Origin: a virus
Taxonomy: Duplodnaviria > Caudoviricetes
Reading direction: 5' to 3' (one strand)
Length of the DNA stretch: 39,362 nt
Virus record (IMG/VR): IMGVR_UViG_3300037851_000044
Span: 1-39,362 of that record
The notes under the pieces were generated by a model. The model was not told the origin of the DNA. It made no database searches and was given only the letters and a program-made list of their open reading frames with translations. The stretch's first letter is position 1. Each line of letters starts with the position of its first letter. The position numbers and the translations under genes are program-made. Of the stretch, positions 1 through 6,987 are shown piece by piece.

Positions 1-103
1 GGCCGTGTCCAGTCGATCCGTCGGCGTGTCATCCGCCGCCATTTCAGGCGACACGGGTGACGATAGCTTCAGTAGCGCGTGCTTAAGATTGAGGGTTCTA
101 ACG
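1..103 (+). repeat. Terminal overlap, identical to 39160-39262 (circular assembly)
   Basis: Direct match ggccgtgtcc...ggttctaacg at both ends, offset 39159. Confidence 0.95.
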
Positions 104-182
104 TGGAGTTCAGCGGCGTGCCCGCTGTCTGTTCGAGTAACCACCCTGCTGGCGGCACGTCCGCTGGAACGCAGGGTTAGGC
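96..182 (-). repeat. attC site 1 (87 bp)
   Basis: Minus strand: GCCTAAC-CCTGC-GTTCCAGC-GGACGTGCC...GGCACGCC-GCTGAAC-TCCAC-GTTAGAA; R''/L''/L'/R' boxes with extra C and A in the left arm. Confidence 0.92.
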
Positions 183-203
183 GTTTTCGCATAAGGAGGC
201 AGT

Positions 204-407
204 ATGTCTGCAAGATGGTACGTGGTTCGCGTTGACGAAGAAAAGCTTCAGATCTTTAAGGCGGCAAAGAAGCCAGTGTTCGAGCCGGTTCGCGGAAACT
301 GGCCACGGGAGTGCAACGTCAACGGGGATGACGGAGAAGACGCGGTTTACGCGGGTGGCTTTTTGACTGGCACGATGCGGCTAAACGTCGGATTTGAAGA
401 CGCCTAA
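204..407 (+). CDS. Cassette 1 hypothetical protein (67 aa)
   Basis: AAGGAGG RBS upstream; TAA stop lies inside the next site (GCCTAAC). Confidence 0.75.
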   Translation: MSARWYVVRVDEEKLQIFKAAKKPVFEPVRGNWPRECNVNGDDGEDAVYAGGFLTGTMRLNVGFEDA

Positions 408-420
408 CGTAGAGTTGGGG
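402..420 (-). repeat. Collapsed att site (two R-like boxes with a 5-bp spacer)
   Basis: GCCTAAC-GTAGA-GTTGGGG; each side complements the far end of the adjoining cassette. Confidence 0.65.
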
Positions 421-427
421 GTGCGGA

Positions 428-703
428 ATGAAGGTGGCGAACAAAGGGACGGGGAATAGGTATGCCCGCGATCTTGGCGGGAACCACATAGAAGCCATCC
501 GTTCCACAGCGACAAGCAACGGGGTTTTCATCGCATTCGGAAAAAGATTCTGCGAGACATGTCAGACGCTGAAACCGAAAGACTCAACGCCAGCAAAAAA
601 GGGGTGGAAGTGCAAGGACTGCAAAACTAAGACCCACAACGCAAAAGTTGAGGCCGACGGCGCGGGCATTATCGCGACGGTCGCGCCTCGAACGACGGGT
701 TAG
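428..703 (+). CDS. Cassette 2 zinc-ribbon-like protein, reads through attC2
   Basis: CETC...CKDC motif pair; stop TAG falls in the GTTAG box of attC2. Confidence 0.65.
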   Translation: MKVANKGTGNRYARDLGGNHIEAIRSTATSNGVFIAFGKRFCETCQTLKPKDSTPAKKGWKCKDCKTKTHNAKVEADGAGIIATVAPRTTG

Positions 704-705
704 CC
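634..705 (-). repeat. attC site 2 (72 bp)
   Basis: Minus strand: GGCTAAC-CCGTC-GTTCGAGG...CCTCAAC-TTTTGC-GTTGTGG. Confidence 0.9.
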
Positions 706-749
706 CTCAACGGAAACCTACTACAACTGACTCTCAAAGGAGCATAACG

Positions 750-1097
750 ATGGAACAACAGCACACCCTGATGAAGTTCGACCCGGCTACAGGGGAGCCG
801 AAGCCCTACCCGAGCCACGCCGGCCAGTGGCGCGTTTGGCACGGGAAGATGACGGCGTGGCTTTTCAACCCGTGGACTGGAACACGCCGCGATGCTGGCG
901 ATGTTGGAAGCGACACGTTTGGACAGTTGATCCTTCCGCCCGGGGAGCCGCTGTATGCAGCCACGGAGAAAGCAGCGCCACTGCAAGAGGTTGAGGCTCG
1001 CTACAAGGACTTGCTGCAACGGCTTGGCGTGCATGGACACGAAGGCGCGGTGGCTGAGATTTCCAAGCTGCGCGAGGTTAGAGGTCTTGATGGCTAA
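750..1097 (+). CDS. Cassette 3 phage-type hypothetical protein (115 aa)
   Basis: AAGGAG RBS at 737-742, ATG at 750; Trp-rich YPSHAGQWR...WLFNPWTG segment; TAA inside GGCTAAC. Confidence 0.8.
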   Translation: MEQQHTLMKFDPATGEPKPYPSHAGQWRVWHGKMTAWLFNPWTGTRRDAGDVGSDTFGQLILPPGEPLYAATEKAAPLQEVEARYKDLLQRLGVHGHEGAVAEISKLREVRGLDG

Positions 1098-1150
1098 CGC
1101 TCCGCATGAGCGCGCGAGCGAAGCGAGTCCGCTCGATGCGGTTGTTCGGC
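1092..1150 (-). repeat. attC site 3 (59 bp)
   Basis: Minus strand: GCCGAAC-AACCG-CATCGAGC...GCTCATG-CGGAGC-GTTAGCC. Confidence 0.9.
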
Positions 1151-1169
1151 GTCACTGTTTGGAGGATTG

Positions 1170-1637
1170 ATGAGCATACCGTATGAAACCGCCACAAGTG
1201 GCGATAAGGCGCTGCTGGAATTGCAGCGCACCCTGGCGAAGTTCGGTTGCCAAAGTTTCGGCACAATGACGGACGCCGAGAAAGGCGAAACCATCGTGCA
1301 GTTTCGGTGGCGCAATCGGGACGTGTCGCTGCGAGCCTCTTGGAAGGGCTACGCGGCGGCGTGGCTGAAAGACCACCCTTACAGCCACAGGATGCGCTGC
1401 AATCGAGCGCAGCACGACCAAGCCGCGCTGAAACAAGCGCAGACCAGCGTGTGCAGCGTTCTTCGGGATTGGGTAAAGGGCCAGGTGACTGCCGTTGAGT
1501 GTGGAATCATGAGTTTCGAGGCGGCATTTATGCCGCACATGCTGCTCTCGACGGGCGAGCGCGTGATTGACCGGATACATGCGCAGGGGATGCTGCCCGC
1601 GCCAGACGCCGGTAATGTTGTGGAGATGCGGAAGTGA
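1170..1637 (+). CDS. Cassette 4 phage-type hypothetical protein (155 aa)
   Basis: GGAGG RBS at 1161-1165; fills the interval between attC3 and attC4. Confidence 0.85.
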   Translation: MSIPYETATSGDKALLELQRTLAKFGCQSFGTMTDAEKGETIVQFRWRNRDVSLRASWKGYAAAWLKDHPYSHRMRCNRAQHDQAALKQAQTSVCSVLRDWVKGQVTAVECGIMSFEAAFMPHMLLSTGERVIDRIHAQGMLPAPDAGNVVEMRK

Positions 1638-1638
1638 C

Positions 1639-1707
1639 GCCGAACGCAGAGGTAAGCGGGACGGCGAAGCGCAGCTTCGACGGCTCCGCTTGACCGACTG
1701 GTTATGC
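1639..1707 (-). repeat. attC site 4 (69 bp)
   Basis: Minus strand: GCATAAC-CAGTC-GGTCAAGC-GGAGCCG...CCGCTTACC-TCTGC-GTTCGGC. Confidence 0.92.
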
Positions 1708-1724
1708 CTCGCGACGCGACCACG

Positions 1725-2183
1725 ATGAAACTGCGGATCGTACCCACGGACCTGAAAACGGCGAACGAGTTTGTGCGCCGGCTGCACCGGCACAGCCGCC
1801 CGGTGGTTGGGCACCGCTTCGCGGTCGGCGTGGCTGACGAGGCCGGCACGCTGCGCGGGGTTGCGATTGTGGGCAGGCCGGTAGCGCCGCGCCTGGACAA
1901 CGGTTTCGCGGCCGAGATTACCCGGCTGTGCACGGACGGCACGCGGAACGCCTGCTCGATGTTGTACGGAGCGGCGCGGCGGGCAGCGCGTGCGATGGGC
2001 ATGGCGCCGATTTACACCTACACCCTGCCGGACGAAGGCGGGGCCAGCTTGCGGGCCGCTGGATTCCGACTCGACAAAGAGGACGCGGGCGGTAGCGCCG
2101 CGATGTGGCACAACCGGCCCGGCAGGACCGCGCAGCCCGTTGGCGACGATCTCGTCGGCGGAAAGTGGCGGTGGGTTGGGTGA
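1725..2183 (+). CDS. Cassette 5 XF1762-family protein (possible Mom-like GNAT DNA-modifying enzyme); alternative start at 1704
   Basis: ANEFV..LHRH, GVAIVGRPVA, EITRLCTDGTRNACSMLYGAA, TYTL..EGGASLRAAG motifs. Confidence 0.75.
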   Translation: MKLRIVPTDLKTANEFVRRLHRHSRPVVGHRFAVGVADEAGTLRGVAIVGRPVAPRLDNGFAAEITRLCTDGTRNACSMLYGAARRAARAMGMAPIYTYTLPDEGGASLRAAGFRLDKEDAGGSAAMWHNRPGRTAQPVGDDLVGGKWRWVG

Positions 2184-2184
2184 G

Positions 2185-2260
2185 GCATAACGCACAAATA
2201 AGGGGCGGCTGACGGCGGCTTTATCGCCGGCAGGCGTCCCTCTTGATTGACGGGTTATGC
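2185..2260 (-). repeat. attC site 5 (76 bp)
   Basis: Minus strand: GCATAAC-CCGTC-AATCAAGA-GGGACGCC...GCCCCTTATT-TGTGC-GTTATGC. Confidence 0.9.
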
Positions 2261-2302
2261 CGCGCTACCCACAAAGCGCGGCACACGACAAAGGAATAGA
2301 AC

Positions 2303-2542
2303 ATGAGCAAAGGCAACCTGCAACAAGTGATGGTGCGGATTAAGGGTTCTGATGTCAGCAGCCCGATTGCTGTTTTTCGCTGCGACCAGCCGGAAATGCT
2401 GGATGCCGTTTTCGCGGCAACCGTGAAGACGCAGCAGATGATTGAGCTACGGCACCCGGACTTGATCGGAGTCTACGACGGCACCATGAATCTGGATCAG
2501 GTGTTGCAGGAGTTGGCCGGCCATGTGCGCTATGCGGCATAA
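2303..2542 (+). CDS. Cassette 6 hypothetical protein (79 aa)
   Basis: AAGGA RBS; TAA inside GCATAAC of the terminal site. Confidence 0.8.
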   Translation: MSKGNLQQVMVRIKGSDVSSPIAVFRCDQPEMLDAVFAATVKTQQMIELRHPDLIGVYDGTMNLDQVLQELAGHVRYAA

Positions 2543-2580
2543 CGTGATTTATCTCGGTGATCTGCCGGATAACATAGCTC
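2537..2580 (-). other. Candidate attI-like primary recombination site
   Basis: Minus strand TGTTATCCGGCAGATCACCGAGATAAATCACGTTATGC: GTTRRRY-type core at the head of the array with no paired R'' box. Confidence 0.55.
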
Positions 2581-2636
2581 GACCTGACGTAAACGATGCC
2601 ACGCAAAACAAATGAGCCGCTTCAATAATTTCCTGT

Positions 2637-2801
2637 TTGACCGCATGGACGCTCCGGTACTGGATCAACGGCTGGCTGAAGGAAGGAAAGCGCGGGAAGT
2701 TCCTGTCGCTGTCGTTCAAGCCGAAGACGGCAAAGGCTCCCGACGTGATGCCGAAGGTCAATGCTGGCGTGGCTGATATGGACTCGGATGTTCCTTTTTG
2801 A
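2637..2801 (+). pseudogene. 3' fragment of a small phage ssDNA-binding protein (DUF736-like)
   Basis: Translates YWINGWLKEGKRGKFLSLSFKPK...DMDSDVPF*, with an SSB-type acidic PF tail; in-frame TGA at 2613-2615 and no ATG upstream of the conserved block. Confidence 0.65.
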
Positions 2802-2803
2802 CC

Positions 2804-2902
2804 ATGACCACTAACACCGATGAATTGCGGGCCGAAGTCAAGCGGCTTAAGACAGGAGGTTGTGCGCGCGATCAAAGGCTGACGCAGAGAAGCGATGACT
2901 AA
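2804..2902 (+). CDS. Short ORF or gene fragment (32 aa)
   Basis: MTTNTDELRAEVKRLKTGGCARDQRLTQRSDD; packed tightly between neighbours. Confidence 0.4.
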   Translation: MTTNTDELRAEVKRLKTGGCARDQRLTQRSDD

Positions 2903-3677
2903 CTTGGAAAAAGTGATTGCTCTGCTCGATGGGTTGATCGAGTCTGATCTAGACAGAGCGGAACGATTTATTGAGTCTCGTCTTACTCGCATTGACCTAC
3001 TAAAGCGGCAAGCCGCCCGAGCAGCGCCAGCGCAGCGCAATCTAACCGTGCCGGAAGAAAAGGCGATTGACGCCGCGTTGTTCTCCGGATCAAAGCTGGT
3101 AGGAGTCGAGTTTAGGGACGGCGCAATTAGAGCAGCGCCAGCGCAGCCAGTCACGCACACGGTTGCTACCGCGCCGAAGCGAATCTATCTAAACGTCTTT
3201 GAGCACCTCGAGGACGATCTTGGATTCCCCGACGACCATGAGGGCATTACATGGTGCGAGGACAAGATAGGTGACAACGACATCCCGTACGTCCGCGCCG
3301 ACTTAGCAGGGGCAGCGCCAGCGCAGGCAGAGCTGCCAACTGCACTATCGCAGTTCAACAAGTTTTGGAGCGACGAAGATGACGGCAGCGATCCGGTCGA
3401 ACGCCTGCGTGCATTCTGTTCGTTCGCCATGAAAGGGCAGGACTGGCTGGACGTTGAACCGTTCTTCGATGCGCTGACTGCTGCGCGCGACCTGACCGCA
3501 TGGCGAGCCGAGGCGATGAGGCTTGGAAGGATAGAGCACTACTACTGCGAGGACTCATGGTACTCATGCCCCCAAGCGGAGGGCGGTTGCTCCGATGAAG
3601 CATGGGGGACGGAATGTACCTGTGGAGCGGACTCGCACAACGCCGCCCTCGCCGCGCATTTGGAGAAGTTGAAATGA
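2895..3677 (+). CDS. Modular phage early protein with AAPAQ linkers (260 aa)
   Basis: Three in-frame GCAGCGCCAGCGCAG repeats; Cys/His-rich C-terminus; ATGA coupling to the next gene. Confidence 0.75.
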   Translation: MTNLEKVIALLDGLIESDLDRAERFIESRLTRIDLLKRQAARAAPAQRNLTVPEEKAIDAALFSGSKLVGVEFRDGAIRAAPAQPVTHTVATAPKRIYLNVFEHLEDDLGFPDDHEGITWCEDKIGDNDIPYVRADLAGAAPAQAELPTALSQFNKFWSDEDDGSDPVERLRAFCSFAMKGQDWLDVEPFFDALTAARDLTAWRAEAMRLGRIEHYYCEDSWYSCPQAEGGCSDEAWGTECTCGADSHNAALAAHLEKLK

Positions 3678-4585
3678 CGCCGAAACAACTGGACCGCCGA
3701 ACCTATATTGGTTCATCCGACGCCGCTGCGATCCTGGGCGTATCGCCATGGCAGACCGCTTACCAGGTATGGCAACGCAAAACGTCGCCCGTCGTGCTGG
3801 CGGAAGAAGAATCAAAGGTAATGAAACGCGGAAAGCGGCTCGAGCCGGTCGTGCTGGAAATGCTTTCCGACGACCATCCGGAAATACGGGTGATCGCGCG
3901 CAATTCCCGATTTACTGACGCGGCGTTCCCGTACCTGTCCGCCGAAATCGACGCCGAAGCGACGATCGACGGGTTCGACGACGTCGTCAATATCGAAGTG
4001 AAAACCGTCCACCCGTCGAAGTCGCGCCAGTGGGGCGAAGAAGAAACCGACGAAATCCCACTATGGTATGCAGCGCAGATTTCGCACGCACTAATGGTTA
4101 CTGACCGGAAGCTTTGCATTGTCGCCGCGCTGATTGGGGCGGACGACTTGCGGGTGTACAGGGTCGAACGCGATGACCAGTTGATCGATAGCGTCCGGCG
4201 CCGCGAAGTCGAATTCTGGACAAATCACGTCCTGACGATGATCCCGCCGCCGCCGTCATCGCTGGCGGACATTAACGCGATGTATCAGCGCGACGACGGC
4301 GGGTCGTGTGTGGCGACGGACGGAATCGTCGAAGCGGTCGCGAACCTTGCCGCATTGAAGCGCACGGCTAAGGAACTGGAATCGCGCATGGAAGAAGAAG
4401 AACGCGCCATTAAGTCCGCAATGGGCGATCGGTCGATATTGGTAGACGCTGGCGGAAAGAAGCTAGCGACCTGGCTGGTAGTCGAGCGCGAAGTGTTCGA
4501 CCAGCGCGCGTTTACCGAACAGAACCCCGAGCTTGCTAAGGAATTCCGGAAGCGGATCGCAAGTCGGACGTTCAGGGTCGCGTGA
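3674..4585 (+). CDS. yqaJ: YqaJ-like viral recombinase / lambda-exonuclease family nuclease
   Basis: RRTYIGSSDAAAILGVSPW, RGKRLEP, AEID..NIEVKT, YAAQ motifs. Confidence 0.92.
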   Translation: MTPKQLDRRTYIGSSDAAAILGVSPWQTAYQVWQRKTSPVVLAEEESKVMKRGKRLEPVVLEMLSDDHPEIRVIARNSRFTDAAFPYLSAEIDAEATIDGFDDVVNIEVKTVHPSKSRQWGEEETDEIPLWYAAQISHALMVTDRKLCIVAALIGADDLRVYRVERDDQLIDSVRRREVEFWTNHVLTMIPPPPSSLADINAMYQRDDGGSCVATDGIVEAVANLAALKRTAKELESRMEEEERAIKSAMGDRSILVDAGGKKLATWLVVEREVFDQRAFTEQNPELAKEFRKRIASRTFRVA

Positions 4586-4690
4586 TGCAAGAAATCACGC
4601 TAAAGGCGCGAGTCGCCGCCATCGATATGGCGGCTGAATACGAATTAACCGCGCCGCGCGGATCGCGGCAGTGGCAACAGGGGAAGCGCA

Positions 4691-5491
4691 ATGGCAGACG
4701 AAATGCAATCGACGGAAGTAGCCGTCACCCCGTCGCCGAAAACGGCGGCGTCGATTCAGATTGTCGGCGGGCAGTTCGTCCCGACGACGTTCGACGAGGC
4801 TTACCGGATGGCCCAGGTTTACGCGGCATCCGATCTAGTCCCGAAGGATTACCGCGGCAAGCCCGCAAACATCATCGTCGCGATTCAGAAAGGCGCCGAA
4901 ATCGGCTTAAAGCCGTTGCAAGCGTTGGACGGCATCGCCGTTATCAATGGGCGCGCCGGCGTTTGGGGCGACTTGCTTTGGGCGCTTGTGCGCCAGTCGC
5001 GGCTAGTTGCCGGCGTCGACGAATCGTTCGACGATGCGACCATGACGGCGGTTTGCAAGATCAAGCGCCGGGACGGCGAGCTAGTGATGAGGACGTTTTC
5101 GCAGAAAGACGCGGAACGCGCCGGACTTTGGGGGCGCGACGGAACCTGGCGCAACTACCCGCGGCGGATGCTGCAAATGCGCGCTCGAGCGTTCGCCGCC
5201 CGCGACGCGGTGCCGGACGTTCTAAAGGGACTGGCGGTGCTTGACGAATTCGTCGGCGCAGAACCCGATCAGGCCGCCCCGGCGCCCGCGCTTGAGGTTC
5301 CCCGCGACGCCGCGCCATCCGCAGAAAAGGAACGCGGCGCCGTGTCGACCTTGCGCGATCGGGTCGTCCCGAAAAGCGAAGTCGCCGTCGGCGGCGTTCC
5401 CGCCGGATCGGTCGAAGCGTCGCCCGCCCTGTTTCCTGACGTCCCGGACGGCGATCCGAAGCAACTAACCGGAAAGGAAATTGAAGGATGA
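4691..5491 (+). CDS. recT: RecT/Red-beta-like ssDNA annealing protein
   Basis: VPKDYRGKPANII.A...GAEIGL.PLQAL..IAVINGR and W..YPRRML..RA motifs; follows the exonuclease. Confidence 0.85.
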   Translation: MADEMQSTEVAVTPSPKTAASIQIVGGQFVPTTFDEAYRMAQVYAASDLVPKDYRGKPANIIVAIQKGAEIGLKPLQALDGIAVINGRAGVWGDLLWALVRQSRLVAGVDESFDDATMTAVCKIKRRDGELVMRTFSQKDAERAGLWGRDGTWRNYPRRMLQMRARAFAARDAVPDVLKGLAVLDEFVGAEPDQAAPAPALEVPRDAAPSAEKERGAVSTLRDRVVPKSEVAVGGVPAGSVEASPALFPDVPDGDPKQLTGKEIEG

Positions 5492-5697
5492 ATCCGACCG
5501 TTCTGCGGGCGATCATGGACGCGCGTTTTGCCGCCAGTTCCACCCTTGACCGGCAGACGGCAGAAGAATGGCGCCGGGTCGCCGATATCCTCGAAACCCA
5601 TTCCGACCCGGTCAGGCATTGGGGCGAACGCATCATCGCCGCCATGATCGGCGCGGCGATCGGCGTTTCCGCGGTCATTCTGGCGATCGGGATCTGA
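5488..5697 (+). CDS. Small membrane protein
   Basis: C-terminal hydrophobic helix; ATGA overlap with recT. Confidence 0.65.
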   Translation: MNPTVLRAIMDARFAASSTLDRQTAEEWRRVADILETHSDPVRHWGERIIAAMIGAAIGVSAVILAIGI

Positions 5698-5699
5698 CG

Positions 5700-5852
5700 A
5701 TGTTCCGCGCCCTTTACGCCGCGTGGCTATTGGCGTTCTGGCGGTTCGTGCAGTTCTGCGGCGGACCCCGCCATGCTTCATACTGCTATGCGCGGTTCGA
5801 AGCATGGCGGGCGCGGGAATTCCTGCGCCTATGGGCGTCGGGGAAGCTATAG
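5700..5852 (+). CDS. Small hypothetical protein (50 aa)
   Basis: ATG 2 nt after the previous stop; ends at the convergence with the late operon. Confidence 0.5.
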   Translation: MFRALYAAWLLAFWRFVQFCGGPRHASYCYARFEAWRAREFLRLWASGKL

Positions 5853-5853
5853 C

Positions 5854-6987
5854 CTATTTCCGCGATGCCGCAATAATTTCATCCTTCGCCGCGCTCCCGG
5901 CGGACGATCCGAAGCGGTAATCGACGATCGTCCCGCGCTTTTGCATCGCCCAGGTAACGAACGCGGCAAGCAAAGCCATTACGCCCTCCGACATTGCGCC
6001 GTCTTTGGCAACGTCGACGACCGCGAGCGCCCCCAGGACGATACCGACGCCGACGACAATCCAGAATTGCTGTTCCGCCATGCGCGGCGCCAGGTCGACC
6101 CGGTCTTTCGCCGCCCTTTCGGTCGCCTTGTCGCGACTGGCGTCGTCGATTTCGGTCGTCCGTTCGATCAGACCGACCAGTCTGTCGACGTCCAGTTCGA
6201 CGGCCCGGCGGAATGCCGTCGCCGTCGACGGGTCGGATTCGATCTTCGCGACCGCTTCTTCCGCGGTCTGAACCCCGGTAACGGTTTTCGCGATTTCGAC
6301 GATCGCCGGCCCGGCTTTCTCGAGCAAGTCGGCATTGCGGGTCGCCGTCTTTGATCCATGCCCGCGGAACAGGTCGGAAACGAACGGCAGCAGCATTTGA
6401 GCGGCGGCGATGATCAACGGGGCGGCTGGCATCTTCGGACCTTCCTGCGTCGGTTTTACGGCTGGCGCCGCGGCGATCGGTGCGACCGCTGCGGCGGTTT
6501 CTTTCCCTTCGGCGTCGACCGGGACGAACCGACCGCCGTATTTTTCGTAGGTCGCGTACGCGCGTTCCGCGGTGAGTGTATGCTGCCCGTACCTGGGCGG
6601 CGGTAGGGACGCCCATTCCCACGAACAACGGTCCAGCGCATCCGCCAAATTGCCGTCCACCAGGCAATTCAACGCTTTCCGACCCGCGATCAGCGCGACC
6701 GCGCCTTCGTCCTGGCACTGCGGCCCGAAATCTTCGAACCCGTATTGCTTGACCAGTCCGTCCCAGGTCCGCGCCAAAAACTGATAGGCGCCCGCCGCCG
6801 TCGACGTCAGGTCGCCGACCGTGATCGCTTTGCGCGGGTGATCGGCGAACGACGAAAAGTAAGCGCCACCGAAGTGCATCCGGTAAGCGGAATCGTCCTG
6901 ATTCGTTTCCCCTTCGCGGATCAAATGCAGGAACGCCCGGACGTTCGGGTGTTTCAGTGCTTCGCGAAGTTCGGCGCGCGTCGTCAT
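5854..6987 (-). CDS. Lambda-R-type endolysin fused to a holin-like membrane domain
   Basis: N-terminal VRAFL.LI..GE, FADHP, STAAGAYQFL..TW, QDE.A..LI, WASLP; C-terminal two TM helices and YRFGSSAGS..KD. Confidence 0.85.
   Translation of the reverse strand: MTTRAELREALKHPNVRAFLHLIREGETNQDDSAYRMHFGGAYFSSFADHPRKAITVGDLTSTAAGAYQFLARTWDGLVKQYGFEDFGPQCQDEGAVALIAGRKALNCLVDGNLADALDRCSWEWASLPPPRYGQHTLTAERAYATYEKYGGRFVPVDAEGKETAAAVAPIAAAPAVKPTQEGPKMPAAPLIIAAAQMLLPFVSDLFRGHGSKTATRNADLLEKAGPAIVEIAKTVTGVQTAEEAVAKIESDPSTATAFRRAVELDVDRLVGLIERTTEIDDASRDKATERAAKDRVDLAPRMAEQQFWIVVGVGIVLGALAVVDVAKDGAMSEGVMALLAAFVTWAMQKRGTIVDYRFGSSAGSAAKDEIIAASRK

Larger units (their letters stand above)
96..2580 (-). mobile_element. 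Integron-type gene cassette array (6 cassettes) with no integrase gene
   Basis: Five attC-structured sites, one minimal site and an attI-like end site separate six single-gene units; cassette ends are mutually complementary. Confidence 0.9.

Noticed and set aside
1-103. Physical direct terminal repeat of the virion DNA
   Set aside because: It starts in the middle of a gene, fits an assembly overlap, and a cos site with a lambda-type terminase is present elsewhere
1152-2195. 347-aa and 207-aa minus-strand ORFs that would give the cassettes a canonical orientation
   Set aside because: They cross attC boundaries and have Arg/Pro-rich shadow composition, whereas the plus-strand genes fit the cassette units and mostly have clear RBSs
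96-2260. CRISPR array or ordinary terminators as the explanation for the spaced hairpins
   Set aside because: The repeats are not identical, the intervals are whole genes, there are no U tracts, and the boxes and bulges fit attC
2531-2560. dif/Xer site (GCATAA-N6-TTAT)
   Set aside because: The XerD-side arm does not match TTATGTTAAAT, and the left arm is explained as the end of cassette 6
4582-5244. 220-aa ORF overlapping recT
   Set aside because: Mostly an Arg-rich alternative frame of recT; only the first 36 or so codons are free-standing
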